Shown: positions 50,601 to 64,000 of the stretch, one piece after another | Numbering within the stretch: position 1 is the first letter of the stretch | Layout of the letters: the number at the start of each line of letters is the position of its first letter | From: Octopus vulgaris | Lineage: Eukaryota | Assembly: GCA_951406725.2 (NCBI GenBank) | Contig: OX597814.1 | Location: 170,624,001-170,688,000, forward strand | Direction: 5' to 3' | Length of the DNA: 64,000 nt | Notes under the pieces: generated by a model | Database searches by the model: none | Seen by the model: the letters and a program-made list of their open reading frames with translations, nothing else | What the model was told of the DNA's origin: nothing | Made by a program: the position numbers and the translations under genes

Positions 50601-51687
50601 ATCTGTTCTAAATCAATTTACAGTAGCAGGCCTTGATATTTTGGTTGTTGGTGAACACTTATTGGTAGCTGAAAAAAAATATTAGAAATTTTTTGGGGGA
50701 AATTAATAATGATGGGCGAGACACCAGACTAAATGTTTTACAAGTTTTATAGCATCCAAAGTTCCCTATGAAATGATAAAGCAAGTACCTTTAATATACT
50801 GTTTGTCAGTTCAGTCTTTTAAACCTGTTCTCAACAAAAGGAAGCCTTTTGTTTAACGCTCAGTATAAAGAACATTTAGAATTTGAAACTCTAAATGAAA
50901 GAAATCAATAGATGAACATTTGAAAAATGAAACCAATACTTAAAAGTTTTGATTTAAAATTTTAAATTAAAAACAAAATCAATATTACTAACATTCAGAA
51001 TTTAAATTCTAAATGTTCATAAATTTAATGTGAACATTAAAATTCCAAATATTCAATATCAGGGCTATTTAAAATTTTAATTATAATTTAATAATGAAAA
51101 TATATTTAATTTAAACATTAAAATTCCAAATATTCACTATTAAAGATATTTAAAATCTTAATTATAAATCTTATTAATATGGATTTATTTCATGAAGGCA
51201 CAAGACCACATTTCATCAATATATAATTTTAAAACTAAAAACAAAAAGCAGAAAAAAAAAAAAAACAGGAAAAAAAATCGAAATTAAAGCAAAAGCAAAA
51301 AAATTACGCTGAATTTTAACTGAATCTTTGGTAAATTCCCTGAAATCAGAAATTTAAGAATAAACTAATTAAAAAAAAAATTATTCCATTACATTATTTT
51401 AATGACTCCTTAGTGGTGTAAATAAGTGAGTATCGCAAGGAAGAAGGATTCGCAGTTGGTTACCAGCAGCGGCAGTACTATAAAATTGAAGAGTGTATTG
51501 TCATTGATATGCCGTGTTTAGCTTATTTTGCTTCAAATATGAATAGAAGGCGGGGAGAGGCTGCTTCCAGTGGCCTACACAGCTGGCTAATTGAGTTGAT
51601 GATCAATTAGCAGGTTCTTTCAGTTGTGGATCGTTAACTTGATTGTGTGACTACACAGAAATGGCCTATGTCATTAGTTTTCTTGGA

Positions 51688-51931
51688 CCTTTTAGCATTT
51701 AAACTGACTATATATAGGTGCAGGTGTGGTTGTGCAATAAGAAGCTTACTTCTCAACTACATGGTTCTGGGTTCAGTCCCACTGCATAGCACCTTGGTCA
51801 AGTGTCTTCTACTATAACCTCAAGTTGATCAAAACCTTAGAAGTGAATTTGGTAGACAGAAAATGAAAGAAGCCCATCATAAATATATATGTATGTATGT
51901 ATGTATGTATGAACGTACGTACATATATATG

Positions 51932-51976
<45 letters not shown>

Positions 51977-52078
51977 TACACACACACATATATATATATA
52001 CACACATATATAATATGTATATACATATATATATAATAAATATACAGATATATATAATATATATATATACATGTATAC

Positions 52079-52121
<43 letters not shown>

Positions 52122-52290
52122 GAAAGATGAATAATCTTGTTGCAGATTAATCAAAAGTTTAACCGATACCTTGGTAGCAAAAATCACAGCAGAAGAAAGC
52201 ACGGTTGGAGATAGAACCATTTGGTGTTGCAACCATGCATTGGTGCGGATAATTGAATTTTAATATTATTAATATTAATATCAAATATAT

Positions 52291-52355
<65 letters not shown>

Positions 52356-52820
52356 ATATATGAGCATATACATATAATATATGTGTGTGTGTATGTGTCT
52401 TTGTGTCCGTGTTTGTCTCCCACCACAGCTTGATAACCACTATTGGTGAGTTTATGTCTCTGTAACTTAGCAGTTTGGCAAAGACATTGATTGAATAAGT
52501 ACCAGGCTTAAAAAACGCACTGTGGTTGACTCATTTGTCTTAAAAAAGTCTTCAAGACAGTGCCCCATCATAGTTGCAGTCTAATGACTGAAACAAGTAA
52601 AAGATAAGAGAAAAGATAAAAGATATCGGGGGTCAAAATATTCTACTTGTTTTAAGAGTACGAACTGGCTGTGTCCCTCCTGTCACACATACCCTGTGAT
52701 GTCATTCTAAAAATAATCGCTTCATCAAAATCTTGAAGCTATAATACATAATCAGTTCAAAACGCATTGTGAATAAATAAGTGTTACATTTCACAGTGTA
52801 ATCTGAATACTTAAAGGGTT
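51688..52820. mobile_element. Probable degraded piggyBac-type MITE split by a SINE-A
   Basis: ACCTTTTAGCATTTAAA at the left and TCTGAATACTTAAAGGGTT at the right; TTAA sites degraded. Confidence 0.45.
51717..52625 (+). mobile_element. SINE-A with an expanded central (TA)n holding a ~170-bp insert
   Basis: Head at 51717-51880; body and tail at 52380-52625. Confidence 0.8.
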
Positions 52821-53020
52821 GAGTTAAGGCTGTGAATCTATGTGGATGTACAAGAGAGAGAAAGGGAATGAGGGAAGGATAGATAAGTATATGTATATAT
52901 ATATAAATTAGAAAAATAAAAAAAAATAACACCTTTTATCAATTCAATAATGAAGAATTAAATTATACCATTTAGAAAAATTACATATTATAGAAAGATT
53001 AAATATAAGATTAAACATAA

Positions 53021-53431
53021 GGCGCAGGAGTGGCTCTGTGATAAGTAGCTTGCTAACCAACCACATGGTTCCGGGTTCAGTCCCACTGCGTGGCATCTTG
53101 GGCAAGTGTCTTCTGCTATAGCCCCGGGCCAACCAATGCCATGTGAGTGGATTTGGTAGATGGAAACTGAAAGAAGCCTGTCGTATATATGTATATATAT
53201 ATAAGTGTGTGTGTATATGTTTGTGTGTCTGTGTTTGTCCCCCTAGCATTGATTGACAACCGATGCTGGTGTGTTTACGTCCCCATCACTTAGCGGTTCG
53301 GCAAAAGAGACCGATAAAATAAGTACTGGGCTTACAAAGAATAAGTTCCGGGGTCGATTTGCTCGACTAAAGGCGGTGCTCCAGCATGGCCACAGTCAAA
53401 TGACTGAAACAAGTAAAAGAGTAAAAGAGAG
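53021..53431 (+). mobile_element. SINE-A, full length
   Basis: Family match. Confidence 0.9.
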
Positions 53432-53624
53432 TATATAACAATGATTAAGTAATGTGCAAAATAGCAAATAAAATGTATATATATATATATATATATATTT
53501 ACAACTTATAAATAAGGGCAAACGAAAAAATTTCTAATGCCAAATATGCTGAAAATTGGACATATTGTCCATTTACCATATAATTTTTTTCTCAGTACGC
53601 ATGCTACTCAAAAAAAGGCCGATA

Positions 53625-53686
<62 letters not shown>

Positions 53687-54051
53687 ATTTTAGAATTCAC
53701 TTGATTCTATGAACATTACTTCAAGATTTTGTCTCCATGGAGAATACCTTGAAGTCAAGCCTTTCTTGAGTTTTTACTTTCTATGCTGTACTTGAGGGAT
53801 TCAAACTCAAGTACCGGAACCCAATAAAACACTAGTACTTCTTCCCCTGATACTGGTAACACTGTTACACCAGCCATAGTACTTACTACTGGATGGAGCC
53901 ATGTTTATACTGTTTTTTTGTTTATTGGTTGTTAATTATTGTTTTAGAGTCTATTAAATTTATCTGAAGCTAATTTATCTTTTGTCCTTCAGGGGAAGGG
54001 AAAAGGGGGAAATAATTAACTACTAGCCATGTACTGGGGAAAGGGAAATGG

Positions 54052-54290
54052 GCAGCCTCCTGGCTTCCCAGACCCTGGTCAAACCGTCCAACCCATGCTA
54101 GCATGGAAAATGGACGTTAAACGATGATGATGGGCTTCTTTCAGTTTCTGTCTACCAAATCTACTCACAAGGCTTTGGTTGGCCCGAGGCTATAGTAGAA
54201 GACACTTGCCCAAGGTGCCATGCAGTGGGACTGAACCTGGAACCATGTGGTTGGTAGGCAAGCTATTTACCACACAGCCACTCCTGCACC
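54052..54290. mobile_element. RTE tail (+, 54052-54131) abutting a SINE-A head (-, 54132-54290)
   Basis: GGACGTTAAACGATGATGAT followed directly by GGGCTTCTTTCAGTTTC. Confidence 0.8.
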
Positions 54291-54355
54291 TTTAAGAAAA
54301 AAAAAGGACAAAAGAAAAACAAAATGGCATGGTCTAGTCCTGCTTATTATTATTA

Positions 54356-54410
<55 letters not shown>

Positions 54411-54750
54411 CATTATTATTATTATTATTATTATTATCATTGTTATTATTATTATTATTAAGGTGGCAAACTGAAATATTCCATAAACGCTTAGCACCAA
54501 AATACTATATTTACTAAAAATGTGTATTGCAGCAGCAGCAGCAGGAAGAAGAAGAAGAAGAAGAAGAAGAAGAAGAAGAAGAAGATGAGGTGGTGGTGGT
54601 GGTGGTGGAGTCTGCTTTGGTTGGCATAAATCCCAGGATGTAAAAGGAAGGAAACTATTGAAGACAATTCAGTTATTTGAATTCAGTGTGAACTTTTCCC
54701 AAAATTTTGTTGGCCAATATTTAAGATGTTATCACTAAATGAATTCGATA

Positions 54751-54798
<48 letters not shown>

Positions 54799-55315
54799 AT
54801 GTATGTGTTATAGTCTATTCCTATAGCCAAGAATGGTATACAGTTTTCATCCACATGAGACACACACTAAAGCAGTACAGCTTAAATAGAAGCAGAAGTG
54901 ATTCAAAAGAGTGGAGAAAGGGAAAAAAATTGCTTAAAATACCTTTTTATTTTCTATCCTCATCAAAATAAAATCATCATAATCATTATCCTTATCAGCA
55001 TCGCACATCACCACCAACACCTTCATTATCAGTAACAAATAAAGTCTTTATCGTAATATTTATCACCACCACCACTAATATCACCATCCTTGTGATTACC
55101 GCAAATACTATTGCCAATCGTCGACATCTTTATCAGTGCAATAAATGCAATCCCTCTCCTCTCTTCACTTCATCATTATATATAAAGGCTCAGATGATGA
55201 TTTTAAAAAAAAGCAACTATGAAAACAATGCAAGACATATAAATATAATGCAGGTGTACATATGAATGTGTTCTTCACAAACACACACATATATATACAT
55301 AACATACATTATATA

Positions 55316-55351
<36 letters not shown>

Positions 55352-55475
55352 TATAGCTTAGAGACAGGTGTTCTCTGCACAGAATACACTTTGTAATGCT
55401 CAAGAGATTTAAACTTGAGCAGGTAGAACTGCTCTACACACACACATGCACACACACACACACACACACATATAT

Positions 55476-55816
55476 ACTCTTTTACTTGTTTCAGTAATTC
55501 GACTGTGGCCATGCTGGAGCACTGCCTTTTTAGCCGAGCAAATCAACCCCAGGACTTATTCTTTGTAAGCCTAATACTGATTCTATTGGTTGTCAAGCGA
55601 TTTTTGGGGGGACAAACACAGACATACAAACACACATACATATACATATATATGACGGGCTTCTTTCAGTTTCTGTCTATCAAATCCACTCACAAGGCTT
55701 TGGTCGGCCTGAGGCTAAAGTAGAAGACACTTGCTCAAGGTGCCATGCAGTGGGACTGAATCTGGAACCATGAGGTTGGTAAGCAAGCTACTTACCACAC
55801 AGCCACTCATACGCCT
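55476..55816 (-). mobile_element. SINE-A with an internal deletion
   Basis: Family match. Confidence 0.85.
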
Positions 55817-56287
55817 ACAAATATGCTTTTGTTTTTATATCCGCTTTCTTTTTCCATGTTGAGTTGGAATGAGACTTCTTGAGACAGTATTCTATGGTTG
55901 GACAACCTTTCTGGAGCTAACCATTATTTGTTTTCAAGCAGGGTATTTTATTCTACATATTGCTCATTAAACTGCTCAGCTTCCAGATGCTTTGTTTGTG
56001 TGACATGGCCTAAGTATGCAGTGTTAATGTAAAAATACACATATGCATATACAGTCACATGCTGTGCCTCCCTATCTCTTTCACACACACAAACACACAC
56101 ACACATAAACAGGCTGCTCTACAAAGCAGGAATGTTACCTTTAATATATTCACATGCTTGAATACATACATGCAGCCTTCTGGTCTCTGGTTCAGTCCCA
56201 CTGCACAACACCTTCTATATCCTAAGCTAAGCAAAGCTTTGTGAGTGGATTTGGTAAACTGAAACTGAAAGAAGCCTGTTATATACA

Positions 56288-57496
56288 TAGACTGTATGAC
56301 GCATGTGTACGAACAACCATGCTGTATGGCAGTGAAACATGGGCCATAACTGCTGAGAACATGTGTAAGCTTGCACGAAATGAAACCAGTATGATCAACT
56401 GGATGTGTAATGTAAGTGTGCATACATGACAAAGTATAAGTGCCCTGAGAGAAAAGTTGGACTTAAGAAGCATCAGATGTGGTGTACAAGAGAGATGACT
56501 GTGCTAGTTTGGTCATATGTTGCAAATGAATGAGGACAGCTGTGTGAAAAAATGTCACACACTAGCAGTTGAGGGAACCTATGGAAGACCCAGGAACACC
56601 TGGTATGAGGTGGTGAAGCACGACCTTCAAACATTGGGCCTTAACAAGGCAATGACTAGTGACCGAGGCCTTTGGAAATATGCAGTGCTTGAGAAGAACC
56701 GACAAGCCAAGTGAGACCATAGCCTGTGGCTTATGCCAGTGGGTGTAACCAGCCCACTTATGAATACCCCTCATTCATTGGACAATAAACTTTACTTGCA
56801 AAGACCTATTGAAGCAAGTGAAATCAAATCAAAATTGCTGATATGGCCAATGACAGTACCACCTGATTGGCACTCGTGCCAGTGGAATATTAAAAGCACA
56901 TCCAAGCATGGGGTGTGACTAGCCCACTTATGAATACTCTTCATTCATTGGACAGTAAACTTTGCTTGCGAAGACCTGTTGAGGTAAGTGAAATCAAGAT
57001 CAAAATCACTGACGTGGCTGATGACAGTACTGCCTGACTGGCACTCATGCCTGTGGAACGTTAAAAGTACATCTGAGCATGATCGTTGCTAGGGTCTCAG
57101 ATTGGCTCCCATGCCGGTGGTACATAAAAAGCACCATTCAAGCATGATCATTGTAAGCGTCGCCCTACTGGCGCATGTGCCGGTGGCACGTGAAAAACAG
57201 CATTTGAGAATGGTCGTTGCCAGTGCCGCTGGACTGGCTCCTGTGCAGGTAGCATGTAAAAAACACCTTTTGAGTGTGGTCATTGCCAGAACCACATGAC
57301 TGGCCCTCATGCCGGTGGTACGTAAAAGCAGCCACTACACTCTTCGAGTGGATGGCATTAGGAAGGGCATCCAGCTGTAGAAATTTTGCCAGATCAGATT
57401 GAGCCTGGTGCAGCCTTCTGGCTCACCAATCCTCAGTCAAATCATCCAACCCATGCCAGCATGGAAAGCGGACGTTAAACGACGATGATGATGATG
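56288..57496 (+). mobile_element. RTE LINE 3' portion: ORF end, duplicated UTR segment, 66-bp array, (GAT)n tail
   Basis: RLYDACVRTTMLYGSETW...GRPRNTW; ~170-bp tandem duplication at 56743-57080; array at 57038-57330. Confidence 0.9.
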
Positions 57497-57808
57497 AATT
57501 TAATTTAGTGATTTTTAGAATAATATTTATCATAATATATTTAATTTTTTCTATGTGATTTAATATAGATAATATCTTTTACTATCAATTGAATTACTTA
57601 ATATAGGTTATTTCCCTTAATTATATACATATATTATATATTGTGAAATTTGATTTAGAATTGCTAAATTGAATTTTTTCCTGTAAGTTTGGAATTTTAT
57701 ATTCCCTACTATTATTAATATATATATAGAATATGAGAATTTAGTTCACTTGTGATCTAAATGAATAGGTACGCTGAGTAAGTGCTATAGTTGGTCTTTA
57801 TTCTTCTA

Positions 57809-57950
57809 TTAGGATGTCCCAAAAGTTCGTAGAAAGTCTTGGAAAACAATGGTCTTTATTTTGAGGAATAATTTTTTGTTGTTTTTGTTAGTACTTGGCA
57901 AGTAAAAATTCAATTTTCGCAAGTGTTTACGAACTTTTGGGACAACCTAA
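57809..57950. mobile_element. Mariner-type MITE (142 bp)
   Basis: TA|TTAGGATGTCCCAAAAGTTCGTA ... TACGAACTTTTGGGACAACCTAA|TA. Confidence 0.85.
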
Positions 57951-58876
57951 TATTTTATTCCTTATAAACTGTGAATTTTATTCCTTATAAACTGTAAATT
58001 TTCCCTGTCTAAAATATTCACACCTTTTTGTTTAGCTAAGGTTGGCTTTGGTGGCACAGTGAGACCTATGAACCAAGCAATCCAGCTTTGACTACCTCAT
58101 CTTGTATTCAGATAAAATGTATCTATTATAATGCGTTTAGGATTATATTATACATATCTTCTTTTTTTTTTCTATGTTATGGCTTGATATGAGAGACTTG
58201 GCTGCTCTTTCTAGCATGTGGAACAACCATGTCGAGCTTTTGTGTTGGCTTGAGAGTTATGTGTTTTAACCAAGGACATGAAGCACTCCTGGTGACAAGA
58301 TAATTAGCTTTAGACTTTCAGTTGGCAAGCATGCACCAACAGACTTATTGGAAACAGTGAGGAATTTCCTCATAATTACATTTATGTTAGCTAGAAGGTA
58401 ATTATGAGAAAATGGTAAGTAAACATTAAAATGATAAAAAATAAACAATACTATTTTTTTCCCCCTTTTTTTCTGATTCCAGATTTGGCACCAGATTCAT
58501 CCTTAAGAAATTAAACCTATCTGAAATGCTGACAAGGCTTCTGCAATAGTTGAAATGAAGCAGAAAGAAAAGGAAGAATTTGGCAATGCAAAGATAGAAA
58601 CAAGATTTGTTTAAGGAAAAGCTGTCAGTGTTAAACCAATGATTCAAATCACCGTTTATCAAACGGAACAAGTAATGGCACAAAGGGTTGGCCTGTTCTG
58701 TGAAAATTTACATTCAAAATTCTGTTCAAATCATTCCTTAATGATGATGCCAATAAAAGCTCGTTAGCGAACCTGGGAGTTTCCAGTGACAAAAACTAAA
58801 AACTGACAAAGACTACAAGGTCAGCTGCTGAACAAATCACAATGTTAGAGAGTAGGAAGGTGTGCATGCACATGAA

Positions 58877-58946
<70 letters not shown>

Positions 58947-59458
58947 TGCATACACAGTAGTGTTGAGTGTTGGAAAGATTGATTCGAAAAAAAGCAAGCT
59001 TGACCACCATATTTAATAACGTTATCTAAAAACAGTGAGAAAACCCAAGTCTGCTGGTTGATGCCATAGAAAATTTGATCAGGGTACAATATTGTCTCAC
59101 CTACATATCCATGTGTATAACTGACACACACACACACATACACATACACACACACATACACACACACATACAGACACACACACACATGTACATACACACT
59201 ACTTTAAAAACGAGTGCAATAGCATTAGGAAAAGCATTTTATTCCCTAATACACCAGATTATATAGCTATTTGCAGTTTGATTTACTAAACATTAAACAG
59301 TTTCCAAAGTTAGTGAAAACTTTCAGTTGATAAATTGTACATATTACGTGAATGATGGCAATCTACATTATACGGCAACCACTTACACGGTTAGCTACTA
59401 CCATGTTTGTGCTAGTTTTGCGTTGAGTCTACATACATGTTGACACATAAATACATAC

Positions 59459-59490
<32 letters not shown>

Positions 59491-59561
59491 TCATACATGT
59501 ATATATATATATATATATAAAATATTCATACACACACGTACATATATATATATATATATAA

Positions 59562-59643
<82 letters not shown>

Positions 59644-59646
59644 ATA

Positions 59647-59726
<80 letters not shown>

Positions 59727-59740
59727 GTATACTCACAAAT

Positions 59741-59771
<31 letters not shown>

Positions 59772-59946
59772 AAGAGAGAGAGAGAGAGAGAGAGAAAGGA
59801 ATTGGTAAACTCTATTATATAGCAACCACTTAGACTTGTTTATGTTGATTCTTCTGAAGAGAGAGGAAGGTGGGGACAAGCAAACTATATTATAGAGAGA
59901 CCACTTAAACTTGTGTTTCTGTTAAGTTCTCCTAACATACATGGAG

Positions 59947-59982
<36 letters not shown>

Positions 59983-60511
59983 AGAGATATACACACAAAG
60001 CAATGCCTAAACTATATTATAGAGAGACTACTTAGATGTTGGTTTGTGTTTAATATTTCTGGAAAAATGGAGAGAGAGAGGAGGAAAGAGAGAGAGAAAG
60101 GTGTGGAGAGAATGGTAAGCTATACAGTATACAAGCATTTTACTGTTGTTTGCATTTTGTTTTTGCCGGGTCCTACCTTCATTTTAACATGCAGGTGGTA
60201 GTGGCTATGGTGATGAATGAAGAAACAATCAGCTATAAGAGGCAAATAAATGCTGACCTAATAATAATAACAACAATCACCATTGTTTTAATGTCCATAT
60301 TTTTTTCCCTGCCAATGTGAACATATATAAATACACATACACACATACATATGTCCATAAACATATCTGAATGCATGTGGATATCACACTCAAATTTATC
60401 ATACATACAGATACATGTGTGCCTGCATCTAAAAATGTCCAAACATGTAATAAAATGCATATAACATATGTATGCTGTATTTACAAATTGGATATACAAA
60501 TATGCCCTATA

Positions 60512-60921
60512 GGCGTAGGAGTGGCTGTGAGGTAAGTAGCTTGCTTACCAACCACATGGTTCCAGGTTCAGTCCCACTGTGGGGCACCTTGCGCAAGTGT
60601 CTTCTACTATAGCCTCAGGCTGACCAAAGCCTTGTGAGTGGATTTGGTAGACGAAAACTGAAAGAAGCCCATCGTATATATGTATATACATATGTATGTG
60701 TGTGTGTATATATTTGTGTGTCTGTGCTTGTCTCCCCCAACATCACTTGACAACCGATGCTGGTGTGTTTACGTCTCGGTAACTTAGCGGTTCGGTAAAA
60801 GAGACCGATAGAATAAGTACTAGGCTTACAAAGAACAAGTCCTGGGGTTGATTTGCTCGACTAAAGGTGGTGCTCCAGCATGGCCAAAGTCAAATGACTG
60901 AAACAAGTAAAAGAGTAAAAG
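60512..60921 (+). mobile_element. SINE-A, full length
   Basis: Family match. Confidence 0.9.
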
Positions 60922-61806
60922 TATCATATTCATATGTAATTAAGTCTTGCTGTGAAATCAGGCTCCTTGATTATCAGACCACAGACAGTAGTTTTTGAGA
61001 TAGCTTGGAATGCAGTTTGAACCAACTACACCTTTTCATATACAAATTAAAATAATTGCAAAGCAAATTATTTAAAAGGAAAAAAAGGAGAAAAAAATCT
61101 GGAGCAAATTAAAATAATTTCAGAGCAAATTGAATAATTTTCCTAATTAAATAATCCTACACTGAATGAAGAAAGAGTCTGAAATGCAATAGATACCATA
61201 CAATAGTGGGGTAAGGATAATGAAAGTAGAAAATCTAGAGGGGCTAGAAAGAAATGAAGTGAATATTAATTGTTTAGATGTATAGTCTGTTATAGTGTTA
61301 AATGCATATGAAAAAGATGAGTGCAAGAGTAAGAGACTGGAGGAATTACTGGACATTGAAAGCATTGCTAATGAATGTAGGATAATTATAATGTGTTTCT
61401 ATGAATGGATGATAACTGTTTGGTGAGAAAAAGATCAAATATCGATTGCATAGGCGCAGGCATGGCTGTCTGGTTAAGAAGCTGACTTCCTAACCATGTG
61501 GTCTTGGATTTAATCTTACTGTATGGCACCTCGGGTATGTGTCTTCCACAATAGCCCCAGACCAATAAACCTTTGTGAATGAATTTGGTAGACAGAAACT
61601 GAAAGAAGTCTCCCTACTTTGTCATACATATTCATATATACGTATATATATATATATATAATGTTGAGAGTTATGTGCATTGACACTTATCAATCAATTT
61701 TCAACTTATCTATAATTATGGATAATTTGCATCCAAGTTGATAAGGGTTAATGCATAAAACTCTCAGTTCTTAAGATGCCATGTAACTTATGCAGATTAA
61801 TAATGT

Positions 61807-62110
61807 TGTTTATTCCTTCTTGAGCCATGCCTGGTTCATTAGGGATGGTTTCTCAGTTTCCTTGGCGTATAAGTTCCTCACCTGGACAGGACGCTGGTCT
61901 GTCGCAGGTGAGCTGCAAGATGCAGTAGGAAAGAGAGAGAGAAAGTTGTGGCAAAAGAATCAACAGAAGTTTGCCATTACCTTCTGCCGGAGTCGCGTGG
62001 AGCTTAGGTGTTTCGCTCATAAACACACACATCGCCCGGTCTGAGATTCGAACCCGCGATCCGTCGACCACAAGTCCACTGCTCTAACAACTAGGCCATG
62101 TGTCTCTGCT
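61807..62110 (-). mobile_element. SINE-D (tRNA-derived), 13-bp TSD
   Basis: TGGCCTAGTTGTTAGAG A box, GGTTCGAATCT B box; TSD AGATTAATAATGT at 61794-61806 and 62111-62123. Confidence 0.85.
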
Positions 62111-62155
62111 AGATTAATAATGTAAACACGTGTGTGTGTATAATAATTTTTGAAC

Positions 62156-62540
62156 CAGATGTGTTGGGCTAATCATGTTGTTAGGATGGAAGATGGAAGG
62201 CTACCCAAACAGATATTTTATGGGTAGCTAACCAGGGGGAAAAGGTCTCAGCACAAACTCAGAAAACGGTTTAAAGATGTCATTAAAGGCAAACTTAAAC
62301 ATTATTGGATTGATATGGATATCCAGGAGACATTGGCTGAAAGCCATGGAGAGAGATTATCAAGTGCAGCTGTGGTGTCTTTGAGTAAAAGTAAATAGAG
62401 TGTACCATCTCAAAAGCATTCACACTGTATGCAGGATCTAAGTGCAGTGCCTGTAGAAACCTAGCGGCAATTGAAAATCAATGTGAGGGTGATTTCTTCT
62501 CTCAAGAGCAGAGTCTGTCAGCCAAATGAAATCACATGAG
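62156..62540 (+). mobile_element. RTE (BovB-like) C-terminal remnant
   Basis: QMCWANHVVRMEDGRLPKQIFYG*LTRGKRSQHKLRKRFKDVIK. Confidence 0.8.
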
Positions 62541-62799
62541 CCAAATAGAGATTGAGCAGCTTCTGTGATGATTCTAGTGCCATGCACATTGCGGGGCAGT
62601 TGTACTGAAAAGAGAAGTGTCACATCTGTGAAAGTTCCTGCAGAATGGAAGCTGGCCTGAAAAGCCACCTGTGGGCACATGATTGTGCAATGTTCAATGA
62701 AGAAATGGCACCCTTCTGACAAGATGCTGCAATCAGTATGTGCATGTGTGTGTAACCTTGTTTTTGCATCATAATAATGGCTGTAAATGAAATGAAATG

Positions 62800-63137
62800 T
62801 GAAGGCGCATGGCTCAGTGGTTAGAGCGTCGAGCTTACGATCGTGATGTTGTGAGCTTGAATCCTGGACCGGGCTGTGTGTTGTGTTCTTGAGTAAGACA
62901 CTTTATTTCATGTTGCTCCAGTTCACTCAGCTGTAGAAATGAGTTGTGACATCACTGGTGCCAAGCTGTATTGGCCTTTGCCTTTCCCTTGGATAACACT
63001 GATGATGTGGAGAAGGGAGGCCGGTATGCATGGGCGACTGCTGGTCTTCCATAAACAACCTTGCTCGGACTTGTGCCTGGGAGGGTAACTTTCTAGGTGC
63101 AATCCCATGGTCAGTGTCATGGCCAAAGGGGGTCTCA
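62800..63137 (+). mobile_element. SINE-C (tRNA-derived), 11-bp TSD
   Basis: TGGCTCAGTGGTTAGAG A box, degenerate B box, TTCTTGAGTAAGACACT CORE-like motif; TSD GAAATGAAATG. Confidence 0.82.
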
Positions 63138-63808
63138 GAAATGAAATGAGCATCATCATCATCATGATGCAAGCCAGGTTATTTGTTTTCAGGCTTCTGT
63201 GAAAGGCATGTCTGGCCATGAGAAAGTACAACATTGCTTGGAAACAGGTTGAGGGTTGGCAACAGCAAAGGCATCTATTTGTTGAAAATCTAGCTCTACG
63301 AATTCTGTCTGACCCAGGCAAGCATGGAAAAGTAGGCATTAAATAATGATATTAATGGTGATGATGTATACTCAGTGGAGCATAGAAGCAACAGTGGTAA
63401 CAAAACAAAAAAAAAACATACAGAAAGGTCATAAAAAACTTGTACCTGACTATGACAGAGTAAAGATGATGATGCTGATGATGGTGGTGGCATTACTACA
63501 GAACTGTTTCACCATCTCCACATGGAAGAAATGTCTGGGAGAGGAAAAGAAAAGGAAGGTCAAGAAATAGACATTAAAAAAAAACAACTTTACTATTAGG
63601 TCTGAAGGTCAAAGTGAACATGATAATAGAGATATGTGATGATGATGAGGAGGAGGAGGAAGAGGGGGATAATTTTGATGATATTTTCCAGCAAAATGGT
63701 TCCACTGAAGTCTTAGTTAATACTATGGCTGTAGGGTCTGGGCAAAGTTATTAAAAACTGAATACATTATTTCATGATATTGAGAATATAGTTGTAGAAA
63801 AGGTAAGA

Positions 63809-63848
<40 letters not shown>

Positions 63849-64000
63849 CGATGATGATGATGATGATGATGATATATATGTATGTATGTATATATGTATG
63901 TATATGTATGTACATATATACACATATATATATGTGTGTTTGTGTGTGTGTATATGCATGCATGTACATATATGTGTGTATACAAGATAGATATAGATAT

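Noticed and set aside
50940-51190. Extremely AT-rich segment with an 81-bp tandem duplication, considered as a mitochondrial control-region insertion
   Set aside because: No adjacent mitochondrial gene or tRNA similarity; more simply low-complexity DNA
57038-57330. CRISPR-like array
   Set aside because: Units are degenerate 66-bp tandem repeats without unique spacers, inside a eukaryotic LINE UTR, with no cas genes
62030-62105. tRNA gene (also considered at 62800-62870)
   Set aside because: A and B boxes run into SINE bodies bounded by TSDs, and there is no intact acceptor stem

Overview
AT-rich animal genomic DNA, dense in microsatellites and almost entirely transposon-derived. The repeat families resemble those I associate with Octopus/coleoid cephalopods (inference, no search run). 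I recognise no host protein-coding gene, rRNA, true tRNA or CRISPR array; nearly all listed ORFs are translations of (TA)n/(CA)n/(GAA)n tracts or SINEs. Retroelements: a 5'-truncated R4/Dong-type RLE LINE in a (TAA)n tract (35.6-38.6 kb) plus short Dong-type 3' ends, several RTE-clade LINE fragments, CR1-like, L2-like, HERO-like and Penelope GIY-YIG remnants, and four tRNA-derived SINE families (working labels A-D). DNA transposons: DD37D (maT) mariner, Tigger/pogo, hAT, piggyBac-type and mariner MITEs, and Helitrons. Most interesting signals: (1) hammerhead-core motifs in swapped, non-circularly permuted order in the HERO-like 3' UTR, (2) six long fold-back hairpins, one with a minimal hammerhead-like core in both arms, (3) an ordered array of structured ~66-bp units in an RTE 3' UTR, (4) a PHD-like finger inside that RTE's RT, and (5) several unusual integration signatures. 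Coordinates were read by eye and may be off by a few bases.
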